From positions 43,276,001 to 43,340,000 of the forward strand of contig OX597821.1 of NCBI GenBank assembly GCA_951406725.2: a stretch of DNA of 64,000 nucleotides. The letters run 5' to 3'. The notes under the pieces are model-generated. The model was not told the origin of the DNA, did no database searches, and saw nothing but the letters and a program-made list of their open reading frames with translations. Made by a program: the position numbers and the translations under genes. Positions 12,600 to 26,339 of this stretch are shown one piece after another. Within the stretch, counting starts at the first letter, position 1. Each line of letters begins with the position of its first letter. This DNA comes from Octopus vulgaris (lineage: Eukaryota).

Positions 12600-14430
12600 C
12601 ATATTGTTATTGAGAGTATAGTCTGCTGTGGGCATGGTGCAAGATACACCTTACTTTAGTTCACCACAAAGAAAAAAAAAGAACCTTCGTGGCTGTAGGA
12701 CAAGAAGCTCAACGGTAGAAGCGCAATTCAAAATGGCCAACATAGCAAAGGAAATCTCCACAAAAACCTTACGAAATGAAGAAATAATTCTGCTTCCCAC
12801 ATACCTCGGTTGCAGAATAGCCAAAATTACTGTGGATGAGATTCTGGCCGGTTACGAGGCTATGTGGGTAGCAGTGGTTGTCATCTTCAACGATTTTGCA
12901 ATTGAAAAAGCATGAAGCAATCAACTGGAAAGGCCAGACCCTAGGGATGGTTGTGTAAGCATCAAATAAAATTCTAGAAAAATTGCCCGATAGGGTGTTT
13001 GTAGGGGATGGGGCTAACAATGAGAATAGCTGTTGAGGGACGTGGGCCCCATTACCTCAGATGTGGCGAAAAGGGCCACATTTACTCGAAGTGTGAGAAA
13101 AAAAAAAATCAATGAAACCCCTCCCCAAAAGGCTACGAAAGTGGTCAAAGGAAAAAGTGAAAAGCAAGACAATGCAGCACAAACAAGAGAGGGTGTAACC
13201 GTAGAGAGTGCAAAAGAAAAAAACCAGAAAAATGACTAAATGGAATTTACTACAGTGTCACACAAAAGAAACAAAGTCCAAGTCCGAGACTCACCTCGCC
13301 AAACAAAAATATCCATAAAACACACAGCAACACACAAAACAAAATTCCCCAAACCAACCCCACAGTGAAACCTTTCACCAAACTCCTCCCCAAAACCCAA
13401 GAAAAAATTGTTTCCCTCTTCGAAAAGAACACTGTGTACAACACAGTCATAAGGGTGCATCATAAGGCACGAGTTTTTAAAATAACAAAAGACACGCCCC
13501 CGAACATTAGACTTGCTAAAATGGACACAGGCCTATTTTTGGAGTTGAAGGAAAGGTATCCAGAAGATATCAAGGACGTCAGCTCTGAAATGGCAGAGAA
13601 AAAATTACTAATAAGCTCAGCGGCTACACCAATGAAAGAAAAGGATGGGGAGGTAGCCAAATTTGTGCAGCCCCTCCCCAAACTCCTACTGTAAGTTCTT
13701 CTTTTTTCCATTTTTTACCATGATGATTAAGTTAGGGAGTATGAACTGGGGTCAAAATGGAAACAAGCTTGTCTCCTGGATGACATCAGGTCACAAGATA
13801 TAGATATGTGCATTGTAACTGAGTCTAAGATGAACGGACCAAAAGCATTCTCACCTCTTCTAAATGGCTATGAGAAATTTATTTCTCCTAGCTGACGAGG
13901 AGGAGGGGGCATGGTGGTCTTATTCAGGAAGAACTTGGATGTACAGGTAAGTACAGTCTTACCTGGATGTGGTCATCCTGGATTTGTCTCATGCTAGTAA
14001 ACAGTCCTTCAGGTTGGTAGCTGTCTGTGCTCCCAATGAGAGTAGACAGACTGGTTTTTTTCAAGACTTGGAGCACTTTTTAGTGACAAGAAAAATGATA
14101 GTTTTATTAGGAGACTTTAACACTATTCTCGATGCATGGGTGGATAGTGTTGGCTTGACCAATAGGAAGGGAAATCCTAGAATCAAGAGTCTGCTAGAGA
14201 GCTATAATCTAGTAGACCGTTACAGACTGGATGAGCTGCTCATCCCACAGTGGACGTGGAGTAATAACGACAGCGCACGCAGATCTTATGTGGATAGAGT
14301 ATTTGTTAGAAATAGAGATAGGGATACGTTTAGTTGTCCACACTTTTGTTGTGTCCCTTACACAGATTTCAAATTTGTGATGTGTGAGGTGTTGGAAGTT
14401 TCTGGTGGAGAAGAGAGGTTTCTGGTATAG
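12600..14430 (+). mobile_element. L1/Tx1-like LINE 5' part: ORF1 remnants plus AP endonuclease, truncated before RT
   Basis: From ~13720: IKLGSMN, CIVTESK, FRLVAVCAPN, IVLLGDFN, WTWSN, SYVDRVFV and PYTDFK. Upstream are Lys-rich broken ORFs. Confidence 0.75.
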
Positions 14431-15430
14431 GTGGTGGGAGCAGGAATAGGTGAGTACATTGCGAGCAAGTGAAGCCACATGGCAACATGAGAAAGGATCA
14501 AACAACTTCACAAGAAAGACAAAATATATAGATTTTCAACCAGCCAAAAAACAACCTATCATCATCATTATCATCATCATCGTTTAACGTCCGCATGGAA
14601 CAAAATAAAATTGTCCTGAAAAGAACAGATTGATGAGATGAAATATGCACATTTTCAGAACAGAGGCAGTAATTAATGAAAGCAGGGATATGAGATATAA
14701 ATATTTTCATGGACAGAGACAGTATTGTTGAAAAGGGGAAAACAAAATATGAGGCAAACTTGAATTAATTATATTAAATTAAATTAAGACAGGTTAGTTC
14801 AAACAGGGTAGAAATACAAGTTGTGAATGAATAGAATGATGCAAACATTAAGGAAAAAAATCAACTTATCTGATCATTGCTGTTTGTCTAGCATGGTGGT
14901 ATGTTATAGCCAGGACTTTTGTGTTTGAGAAACTGTGCAAAAGACCAAGGTACTTTTATAGAAATGACAGGAAGAAGAAAAGGTGGCCATGGTAGTATTG
15001 CGAGCAAGTGGCACACACACACACATACATGTTGTTAGGAAGGGTATGACATCAGGAAGGTCATCCAGCTGTAGAAACCATGTGAAAGCAGACATTGGAG
15101 CATGAAGCAGTCTTTGGACTTGTGAGATCATATCTAAAAGCACCAACAATGGTTCTGGGTAAACTATGTTTTGCATGTCTCCAGTGTTGGTAGAATAAAT
15201 ATACATGAGTGAGACCCTTCTTTGCCATGTTGTCATATATTGCAAGTATGCAAAACTTCCTTTGCTGGGAAAATTGGAAGAATGACACAATACGCATGCT
15301 CTCTTTATTTCCAATGAAACAGACCCCTGTTTTTAGAAACAAGAGTGATCCCTAGCGAGAAGATCACAATCAAATTGAAGTTTGGATTGTACACTTCGTG
15401 GGCAAGTTTTTGAGTTTTAATACTTTATCC

Positions 15431-15573
15431 ACAATAATTTAAAGGTATGTTACAAATAACCTATTTTCACAACATAATTCTCTGTTAGTAAATGATTTTC
15501 TCACAACAATTTAAAGGTATGTTAGAGATGATTTATTTTAATAACATAATTTTCTATTAGTAAATGATTTTCT
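15431..15573. repeat. Tandem duplication of a ~71-bp unit
   Basis: acaa(t/c)aatttaaaggtatgtta...tagtaaatgattttctc occurs twice back to back. Confidence 0.8.
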
Positions 15574-15754
15574 CTTATGCAAACACTTAACAATTTTGAC
15601 TTTGAAGTATCTAAAAAATTATTTGGAAATTATAATGAGAAATGAATGGCAGAATTAGACTGCTTGTATTTTAAAACCCAAAATGAAGAAAAAACATCAA
15701 AAAACAGTGGAAAGTTTTGGAATTAGATGGTAGTGGAGTGTGTGTGTGTATGTT

Positions 15755-15985
15755 TCGATACATGTACCCTTAATGTAGATCTCAGGGAGATTCAGCATGA
15801 CACAGACTGTGACAAGGCTGTCCCTTTCAAAATACAGGTGCTACCCATTTTTGCCAGCTGAGTGGACTGAAGTAACTAAATAAGGTGTCTATCTCAAGGA
15901 CACAACACATCATCGGGGATTGAACTCATGATCTTATGATTGTGAGCCAAATACCCTAACCACTAAGCCATGTGCCTTCACTCCA
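15755..15985 (-). mobile_element. tRNA-derived SINE (body X, tail 2)
   Basis: On minus: A-box-like tggcttagtggttaggg, B-box-like gttcaatccc, then ccttgag..cac central domain; homologous to 60030-60340. Confidence 0.8.
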
Positions 15986-17084
15986 TTATTATATATATGT
16001 GATATAACACTTTATATTTATTTATTCCAAAACTGGGTGTGTTGGTACTGTAGTAAGTTTTAATACAATGCTTTTAAAGTAATATTTGTTGACTTTTAGT
16101 AGATGAGAAGGTAGAACATTGTTGTTGGGGTCTTTAGGTTTGCAATATTAATCATTATCATCTATTGTTTATTATGCAGATGGCACTTCTGAGTAATTTT
16201 TAATCTCAATGATGTATTTATAAATACCCTATTTTCGTATCTATTCATAGAGTGTAATTACTTAGAGGTTCTCCCATCACTAGTTGATGGCTGTTATGAA
16301 GAGGTCTTAATAAGCATAAAACATGTCTTGAGTTGTTTCCCATACTTGCTAAAATGATCAAAATACAATTCACTGAAAGTTTTAACATTTTCAAAATTCT
16401 CTAATTGACAGCAGTATGGAGAAATAAATAACTAAATATAAAATACACACACACATGTACATGCACATACAAATAGATACAAACACACACACACACACAC
16501 GCACACACACGCACACACACACCACACACACACACACACTCATAAATACACACGCAATCCCTCTCTCTTTCCTTCTCTCTCTCTCAAGTATGTAACTACT
16601 TGTGAACAGTTATGCAAGGAAAACAAAAAGTTAACTGTTTCATATACAAAACAAGTGATAAAATATTGTAAAAATGTCTGATTATTTGTTTTAGTTTTGT
16701 TCATATTAAACACTTTGATCAATTTTGAACAAGTTTTCATTGCATTTAGCACACATATAATGCTACTTATAATTATGGATGTAATTATTATTGTAATTGC
16801 TGATACATTATTGTCACTGTGTCACTAAAGATGTTAATGATATAAATTATGAAATATTTCACAGCAGTTTCATTAAGTTATGGATTCAACTCATCTATGT
16901 TCTAAAAATATAACTAGTGTAACGTCAGCACCATTGATTTGTGTGTGAGTGTAAGAGAGTTAACAATGGAAGTTAAAGGAGTATTAGCACAACACTGTAT
17001 TGTTTATATTTTGTCATTAATAATGATAAAAAACTATTTAGCTAGCTGTCCTGGTTTAATACACCTAGCTATAAAATAGGAAGG

Positions 17085-17340
17085 TTTACGAAAATAAACA
17101 AAAGACGAAGGCAGGTGGAGTACAAACAAACAAATGTTGTGAAAATAGATTATTTGTATAGCGCTCAGGAATAGAAATAGAAAAAGTCTTTTACGTTTCG
17201 AGCCTATGCTCTTCGACAGAAAGATACACAGAAAAAAACAAGGAGAAAAACAAGGAGAGAAAAAAAAGGAGAGAAAAAAAGGAGAGAAAAAAAATGGAGA
17301 GAAAAAAACAAGGAGAAAAAAAAATAGGTCCTGTAGTGTA
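17085..17340 (-). mobile_element. Penelope-like pLTR-type repeat, family A, with hammerhead motif
   Basis: Homologous to 35175-35340 and 48010-48150; contains the minimal hammerhead motif at 17188-17223. Confidence 0.6.
17188..17223 (-). ncRNA. Minimal type I hammerhead-like motif with variant core CUGUCGA
   Basis: Minus strand: CUUU-CUGUCGA-A-GAGC auag GCUC-GAA-ACGU-A-AAAG. Stems I and II are perfect and stem III is palindromic ACGU; core A6 is substituted. Confidence 0.6.
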
Positions 17341-18319
17341 AACCTAACTGAGGTTTGAACCTTAGCACTCAGATTTTCCCCACTCTGAAATCATGACCTA
17401 ATATATTTCCTAATATAAAGGGTAAGGAGTTGCCATTAGAGGTAGTAATGCTTATGTGAATATGCATTGGCAGACTTATTTATGGCTGAGCTGGCAACTT
17501 TACGGGAAGTCTCCAAGTTTTCCTGCCAAGTGGATTCTAGAACCTTCTGAGCCAACAGTTATTTAAAAGCTAGCTTATTTCAAGATTGGTATGGGTCAGT
17601 CATTTTTTTCTCTGCATGTAACCTCCCAACTTGTTAAACTTTTTTATTTACAGCCCTCAGTAGTAGTGTCAATTGACAAATATTCATGACATACATGATT
17701 CATTATCCCTTGTGCTACTGTCACAAAATTAATTTATTGGGTGCACATATATGTAAACTCAGCAAAGCAGGTAAATAAAGTATTTGGAAATTCAGACAAA
17801 TTTTTGTATTGTTTATTTTCAAAACACACAACTTACTTGACAATGAGAACAGCTGAAAAAGAAATTAGGGCAATGAACCATACTGTATGGTACATGGGTA
17901 TCACACAGAGGCACAATATGTTGATGTCAGCAAGCAGGGAATAGTATGTATAAGGAAGATGAAGTTACTTTCTAGTGTTAACCTGACATTTTTCCATGAG
18001 CTTCAAGGAAGTAAATAGATGCTAGCAGTAAATTTATAGTTTGTAGTGCTAGCTTGTTATCAAAGCTGTCTGGGGTTCATTTTTGGTTTCCAGTTAATGA
18101 TATTTAGCCTCTCATCTGAAAATATTTCATGGTGAGTACACATATATGACTCTGTTTACTGGCAGACATAATGCATCATCCAATTTATCACCACCGAAGG
18201 CTGAACCTTACAAAGGAGATGACAGAGGACCAAGATATGTGGCAGATTGCTTTACTCAAGAAGACTTGCCCACCACAACAGAATTGAGATCCTAAAACCA
18301 AGGTGCTACTTTAAAAGCA

Positions 18320-18510
18320 TTGATGTGGGTCCTGGTGCCACATAAAAAGCACTCGGTACACTCTGTAAAGTGGTTAGTGTTAGGTTGGGCATCCAAAACA
18401 GACTATGGAACCTGGTGTAGTCTCTGACCTTGCTGGTTCCTGTCAAGCCATCCAACCCATGCCAGCATGGAAAACAGCTATTAAATATTGATGATGATGG
18501 TGATGATGAT
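18320..18510 (+). mobile_element. RTE-type tail fragment with (GAT)n
   Basis: ccatccaacccatgccagcatggaaa followed by gatgatgat; other short copies at ~14990-15130, 18995-19110, 20880-21065, 25530-25720, 58350-58570 and 63365-63480. Confidence 0.7.
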
Positions 18511-19106
18511 CTGACTCTTTAGTTCCTACAACAGAGTTGTTCTGATGCAAACACTTGGTCAAGATCTCAGATCTGAGTATTGAGTTTAATCTTTCTCCAA
18601 CCAGTTTCAGAAGCATTGAAAAAGTTCATGAGTGTTGCTTTTCCATCTTTGACTAAACCATTAATTTATTTTTTAAATTATCACATTACAAATTATAAGA
18701 ACTACTTTTAAACCTTATGTGTAGTTCAAAAACTGTAGAAAGTGGACTAGTTTTTCATCTTTCTTCTTTTATATGTTTCAGTCATTAGACAACAGCCATG
18801 CTGAGGCTCCACCTTGAAGTGTTTAATTAAACAAATTGACCGCAGCACTTATTTTTTAAACCTGGTACTTATTTTATCAGTCTCTTGTTCCAAACTACTA
18901 TGTTACAGAAACATTAAGAAAGCAACACAATTGTCAAGTGGTGGTGTGGGACAAACACAAAGCTACAAACACCTAAAAACATGCATGTGTATATATATCA
19001 TCATCATCATCACCATTTAGCGTCCGCTTTCCATGCTAGCATGGGTTGGACGGTTCAACTGGGGTCTGGGAAGCCAGAAGGCTGCACCAGGCCCAGTCTG
19101 ATCTGG

Positions 19107-19153
<47 letters not shown>

Positions 19154-19156
<3 letters not shown>

Positions 19157-19480
19157 CTCAGTGGTTAGAGCGTCGAGCTTACGATCGTGAGGTTGTGAGC
19201 TCGAATGCCGGACCGGGCTGCGTGTTGTGTTCTTGAGCAAGGCACTTTATTTCACGTTGCTCCAGTTCACCCAGCTGTAGAAATGAGTTGCGACGTCACT
19301 GGTGCCAAGCTGTATCGACCTTTGTCTTTCCCTTGGATAACACTGGTGGCGTGGAGAGGGGAGGCTGGTATGCATGGGCGACTGCTGGTCTTCCATAAAC
19401 AACCTTGCCCGGACTTGTGTCTAGGAGGGTAACTTTCTAGGTGCAATCCCATGGTCATTTATGACTGAAGGAGGTCTTTT
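19154..19480 (+). mobile_element. tRNA(Arg)-like-headed SINE (body X, tail 1)
   Basis: tgactcagtggttagagcg...cttACGat...gctcgaatgcc head, then cttgagcaaggcacttt; homologous to 44635-44963 and 63670-63980; flanked by (TA)n. Confidence 0.85.
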
Positions 19481-19707
19481 ATATATATATTAAAGAAATT
19501 TGTTGAGTAAGGCTGGAACAATGTGAGAAACTACAAAGTAAACTACCAAAGAAAAAGGAAAACAAAACAAGACAAAGTTGCAGTTTTTCCTTGTATTTCT
19601 ATATTTTGGGTTTATGATCGTTTCTCAAGGACATTTGGAAAAAGCAATGGATAGAAAAGCCATTGTTCATATTGATATGTATGTATATATATGTTTACAT
19701 AAACACA

Positions 19708-20542
19708 CAGGGTGCAGTGAATAAATTTCATCTAAATTATGCAAAAATGAAAATAACACTGGCATCTCATTTTAACAGATATATTTACCAAAATTACATA
19801 AAAATATCTTGAAATACTAAAGAGTAAATTTATTCAATAAAATCGCCATTGGCCTCAACCACATCCTGCAGTTCTTTAGGATGGTCTCCTTGTTTAAGTT
19901 GGTGAATGATGCAATAATCCTTGCCTTCAGTTCATCTTTGGAGTTTCAAGGAGTTTTGTTGGTCTCTCGCTCAACTGCACCCCACACATAATAATCAAAG
20001 AGATTGCAGTCTGGGGAGTTAGGCGGCTAGATGTTAGGGGTGATGTAATTGCAGAAATTATCTGACAGCCATAACTGGGTTCTCCTGCTTGTGTGGCATG
20101 GTGCAGAGTCCTGTTGTCAGACATAGGGTCTTCCAGTAGCCACCCTCTTGGCCCAGGGAAACACTACCTCCTCCATGTACTTGATGTAGGTCTCCATGTT
20201 GAGTCTGAAGCCATGTGGGAAGATGAATAAAGACATAACATCACCATCACTAGTGATCATTCCAAACACAATGATATTGACTGGATGTTTGATTTTTATC
20301 ACTCTTGGTATATGCCCTCAGACTGCACTGTCCTCAGATTGACACCTAAACACTCTGAAATGTTCGTACTAGAGCTTCTGGCATGAATGCCAAGCAGAGT
20401 GAATTGCATCATGGTGGCGTTTTTCTCATAGATGGTGCCCAACTAACCCTACTATACTGTGTAATTGACAAAATCAAAAACAAACAATGTACATGTGTGA
20501 AATTAGAAATATAGAAGGACTACAATTTACTCATCGACCCTG
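19708..20542 (-). mobile_element. DD37D (maT-family) Tc1/mariner transposon, internally deleted
   Basis: Minus translation QQD-SAPCHTSRRTQLWLSDNFCNYITPNI*PPNSPDCNLF-DYYVW has 37 residues between the last two Asp; eroded TIRs cagggtgcagtgaataaatt / aatttactcatcgaccctg, with TA on the right flank. Confidence 0.85.
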
Positions 20543-20626
20543 TATGTATGTATGTATGTATGTATGTATGTATGTATATATGTATGTATGTATCTATCTA
20601 TCTATCTATCTATCTATAAAGAAACA

Positions 20627-20665
<39 letters not shown>

Positions 20666-20758
20666 ATATCTATCTATCTATCTATCTATCTATATATTTA
20701 TCTATCTATCTATCTAGCTATATATATCTATCTATCTATCTATCTAGCTATATATATA

Positions 20759-20849
<91 letters not shown>

Positions 20850-20880
20850 TTGTATAAATATATATATTTATATATACTTG
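20543..20880. repeat. Compound microsatellite (TATG)n(TATC)n(TA)n
   Basis: Directly visible. Confidence 0.95.
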
Positions 20881-21590
20881 TAAAAAAGCACCCAGTACAC
20901 TTTGTTAAGTGGCTGGCATTAGAAAGGACATCCAGCCATAGAAAACATATCACAACAGACAATCAAAGTGTGGACAACTTAGCTAGGCAGCTCCATGTCA
21001 AACCGTCCAACCCATGCCAGCATGGAAAATGGACGTTAAATGACGACAATGATGACGATGAGGATGATACACATACACATACAGACACAAAGGCACACAC
21101 ACACACACACAATGGTCTCCTTTCAGTTTCTGTTGCCAAATCCACTCACAAGGCTTTGGTCATTCTGGGGCATTAGTAGAAGACACTTGCTCAAGGTGCC
21201 ACACCGTGGGACTGAACCCAACACCACATGACTGAGAAGTAAGCTTCTTAACTCCACAGCCACACCTATTTCTTTGCATGTCTCCAATATTTCCCTTATC
21301 CCACCATCACCCACATACATTCTGGAATACACAAACAACACTGTTTAACCACTGACCCACCACATATCTGTGTTTTACTGAACTTTCCTATTCCGTATCA
21401 CTCTAATATAAACTAGGTCAAGTACTACCTAACTATTTTTCTCCTTGTATTGTACTTTCTCTCCAAGATTTCATCTTTTCTCATCTGAAGCGTATCTCCC
21501 AGGAATTATTTCTCTTCGTGCTTTTTCATCAACTACCAGCTTGTAGGGGCCCAAACTGGAATTTCAAGCAAATCAACTCTCATTCAGTTA

Positions 21591-21623
<33 letters not shown>

Positions 21624-21661
21624 TATGGATGTATGTATGTGTGTGTATATGTGTTTGTGTT

Positions 21662-21704
<43 letters not shown>

Positions 21705-21710
<6 letters not shown>

Positions 21711-22272
21711 GAATATGTAGCATCAGATGTAGTGTACAAGAGAGAAGATTGTACTGGTATGGCCATGTAATGCATATGAATGAGGACAGTTGCACTAAGA
21801 GGTGCCAATATCTAATTGTAGAGGGATCGTGTGGAAGGGGCAGACCCAGGAAGACATAGGACAAAGTGATGAGACAGGATCTACAAACGTTGGGACTCAC
21901 TGGGGATGACAGGGGACTGAGACTCCTGGTGGTTTGCTGTACTTGAAAAGACACATCAAGCTAAGTAAAAGTGTGGTCACCCTTGCATACAGGCTTGTTC
22001 CTTGCGACTCTTTCCAGTTGAGCATCCTCAGTCTTGTAGGTGCCACATGCATGCTGGTGCCACATAAAAATCACCCATGCTGGTGCTGTGTAAAAGCACC
22101 CAGTACACTCTGTAAAGTGGTTAGCGTTAGGAAAAGCATCCAGCAATTGAAACCATGCCAAAACAGACATGGAGCCCGAACAGCCCTTCAGCTGGTCAGC
22201 TTTTGTGAAATCATCCAACCCATGCCAGCATGGGAAATTGACGTTAAATGACGATGACGACGACGATGATGA
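21705..22272 (+). mobile_element. 5'-truncated RTE LINE: ORF C-terminus, 3' UTR and tail
   Basis: VQERRLYWYGHVMHMNED...GRGRPRKT, ending gacgttaaatgacgatgacgac. Confidence 0.85.
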
Positions 22273-24148
22273 TATATATATGCCTTTGAGTCAAAGAGAA
22301 CATTGAAAGACAATGAGTACTGTCTTTCTCTTTGCCATTTTTCTTTCTGCTAATTATAAGAAATTTGTGTCTCTACTGCTTCAAGGAAGTGAATGGCTGT
22401 TGCAGCTCTTGTTTACCTTCTCCAGGAAATCTTGGCCATCCTGCCTACTGGGAGAAGTCAATAGAAAAGTGTTTTAATGTACCCACTTTAAAAACATTGT
22501 CATCTAAGGTAATTATGGTTACAGGAAGTGGAGTAAACAATAATAGCAAAAGCTAAGCAATTATATTTTAAATATATCCTGTAATTAACATCAGATATGG
22601 TCTAATGGATATGATAGTATATATTATGTTTATTCTATTGATTGATCATGATAGCTAAAGCATAATATCAACAATATTTTGGTTGACATAAATAATTAAG
22701 GTTTTACTAGTTATAGAGTTTACCATGAAAGATCTATGTAGCAGTCAAATGTTTTTCAATAATTTCTTGAAATTTTTAAATGGAATCTCTTATATTAATG
22801 TAATACCTTAAATCACTGTTCCTACAGTAAAGAGAGGTGGCCATGGCCAGAAAGTCTATTGATTGAGATTTTTTTGCTAATCTACTTTTGTGCTTTTGGA
22901 TTATTGGAGAGAAATAAATGCTACCATTCTTTGTCTGAAATTTTCTGTGAAAATTTTCTACTTACACTATAATTATAATAATCTTTTAAAAACTTTTTTG
23001 TTCCACAGACCACATTCCTAGATTCTAGAACCCTTTGTTTCAAATGATCTGAAAAATAATGGTATGGTTTGGTATAGACACAAAATAATTTCTATAAAGA
23101 TAGAATCAACATCATTTCCCAACTTACTTGAGATGGCAGCCAAGTTTTCCTTAAACCACACTTTACCAATTTTACATGAGATGGTCACATCACATAGTGT
23201 AGTCTTAATTATCTCTGGAAAGATAGGATGGTCATGGATGGAATATTTTTTATTGTAACACAGGCATGGCCATATGGTTAAGAAGTTTGCTTCACAACTT
23301 TATAGCTTCTGGTTTAATCTTCCGGCACAGCACCTTGCTTGAGTGTCTTCTACCCGCAAAGCAATGTGAATAAAATTTGGTAGACAGAAACGTTCCTGTT
23401 GTGGGATGGTAGACTTAATTCATTGCTCTTTGGTACCTTTAGCTGAGTCTATTTTGTTGTGAGCATTCAGAACAGATTTATTGGTTCTGAGGATAAACAC
23501 CTTTCATGAATCTCTGAGAACCTGAGAAAGGTCGTAGTCATCACCCTTCCTCCACTCACTAAATCATAAAAAATGGATAACCAGCTGTTGTTATTCCCCT
23601 ACAACTACAACAACTGTTACTTTCATAATTGAGAATGGCGAACTTGATCCAAGTGAATGGGCCTACTGTCAGCCTGTAGACAAAGAGGATAACATCTGGA
23701 ACAGTATAGTTACCATTGGTATATGGGGTATTTCAGGATCTATAGTATTCTTTGATTTTTCTCAGGTGACGGTCATATCCTAAAGACATTTAAAAAGATT
23801 TCTTATACTCTGTTTTCTTTACATTTTCATTTTCCCATTTGATTTCTGTGTAAAACCATACTACTCCCTGAAATGTCTCCTTGTTCATTACATTTGTGGC
23901 AAATAAAATTTATTATTTCAGAGATGTACTTGCCATGTAAGTGAATTGATCTGAGAGTGAGTTGAAATTTAAAAAATTATGGTGTAGAAGACACATGTTA
24001 GTCATTCAAAAACTCACAACGACCGTTGACTTTACTTAAACATCCATTATTTGGTGTAAAGATTTTTATCACACCAACTACAACTTGGTCATTGATGCAA
24101 TTCCACTGCATCTAGTTTGTGGTGAGATTGTACACGTACATGCATATT

Positions 24149-24190
<42 letters not shown>

Positions 24191-24320
24191 CATATATATA
24201 TACACACATATACATATATGCCTATATATGTATATACATATATACATATATACATGCATGCATACATAATATATATATATATATATATATATCATCATCA
24301 TCATCATCATTTAACATCCC

Positions 24321-24372
<52 letters not shown>

Positions 24373-24394
24373 AATGTATATATTTATGTATATC

Positions 24395-24442
<48 letters not shown>

Positions 24443-24461
24443 CGCACACACACATATACAT

Positions 24462-24735
24462 AGGTGAAGGAGTGGCTGTGTTGTAAGTAGCTTGTTTACC
24501 AACCACATGGTTCTGGGTTCAGTCCCACTGCATGGCACCTTGGGCAAGTATCTTCTATTATAGCCTTGGGCCAACCAATACTAGTGTGTATACGTCCCCG
24601 GTAACTTAGCCATTTGGCAAAAGAGATCGATAGAATAAGTACTAGGCTTACAAAGAATAAGTCCTGGGGTTGATTTGTTTGACTAAAGGTGGTGCTCCAG
24701 CATGGCCACAGTCAAATTGTTGAAACAAGTAAAAA
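24462..24735 (+). mobile_element. tRNA-derived SINE with CORE-like cttgggcaagt domain
   Basis: tggctgtgttgtaagtagc...ggttcagtccc head, then cttgggcaagtatcttcta. Related copies at ~21110-21268(-), 25735-26100(-), 34540-34780(-), 44415-44575(-) and 46160-46550(-). Confidence 0.75.
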
Positions 24736-26339
24736 AAAAATATACACATACAGTGTGTTCTGAAATTAAGGCAACAGAAGTTACAGGCTTTAATAACTAT
24801 CAATAAATGTGATAAAATATGAAAATTATACATCATTATAAAAGCTTAGCATAAAAATAAAAATGCAAATCATCTTGTCTATCTTAAGTAGCTTCTCTTA
24901 ATCTTTTTTGTTCTGTGGAATTTTCACAGGTCCCACTAGTTATTATTCATACTGTTATTATTACTCATTAATTTTATTTTACATATCTAAACGCTACAAA
25001 CAAACCAAAAGAAATTTATTCACATATTGTTTATATACTTAAAACTTTTAATTAGATGTCAGTTTCTCCTTATTTTAGTAGTTAGTCATCACACTCAAGT
25101 GGACTACAGCAGGTGGATGGTCCAATTCTCGTAGGTGATTCTGTCCTCTTTTTTTCCCATCTAAGAGCATTCTACCTGATATTTTCTGAGTTATTTATTT
25201 TATAGCTTCGTTATTTTTATTTGAGCTTTCTAAAAAGATTATTTTCAGATTTTGCAATACTTTGAAGCAACCAAAATTATTATTGTTTAAATGTTAGCAA
25301 CAGGAAGTGATTAAGTTGTAAAGCGGTGCTTCAATAATATATTCATCTCACTCATGCTAGTATGAAAAAAAAACAAGCATAGAATGATAAATGAATTTTA
25401 GACTTACTACATGTTAGTGAAGAATATTCAGTAAAAAAAAAATCTTCTACACAATCATTTAGTATTCCCTGCAAACAACAAAATCTTCCCCAACAAGAAG
25501 TGGACATGCAAATGCCATGAACACAGACCCTTTCATCATCATCATCATTGAACAGCCATTTTCTATGCTGGTATTAGTTGACAGGCCAGAGCTCTACATT
25601 GAGAATCAGAAGACTGCACTGAACTCCAGTATCTACTTGGGAATGGCTTTTACAGCTGGATGCCCTTCCAAATGCCAACTACCTTGAAGGAAATATTGGG
25701 TGTTCTTTTTTTGTGGATCTAGTACTACTCTCTCTTTATTCTTTTACTTGTTTCAGTCATTTGACTGTGGCCATGCTCGAGCACCGCCCTTAGTCGAGCA
25801 AATCGACCCCAGGACTTATTCTTTGTAAGCCTAGTACTTATTCTATCAGTCTCTTTTGCTGAACCACTAAGTTATGGGGATGTAATCACATCAGCATCGG
25901 TTGTCAAACCATGTTGGGGGGACAAACACAGACACAGACACACAAATATATACACACACATACATATATATACATATATACGATGGGCTTCTTTCAGTTT
26001 CCGTCTACCAAATCCACTCACAAGGCTTTTGTTGGCCCAAGGCTGTAGTAATGAACCCAGAACCATGTGGTTGGTAAGCAAGCTACTTACCACACATCCA
26101 CTAGTAGATTATCTAGTAACTTGCAAGTCAAGATCCCACAAGTAAGTGTGTATGTGGGGTGGTATTGAAAGAGGTAGCTTTATACCAGGTGATGAGAGGT
26201 TAAAGTATGATAGAGGAATAAGAACAGGTGTCCTGTGGTAAAGGAGATACATAGCTACTCCCTCTGGAAAAAGAGAAAAGATAGTGGAGATGAGATGTCT
26301 GAGCATACCCTAATCTTATAAAAGACCCTTATAAAAGAC

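Noticed and set aside
19154-19225. tRNA-Arg gene (also heads at 27550, 44890 and 47900)
   Set aside because: No acceptor stem or T-run terminator; most continue directly into SINE bodies.
23538-23783. ~80-codon open frame without ATG in unique-looking sequence
   Set aside because: No recognisable homology or consistent splice boundaries; needs a similarity search.
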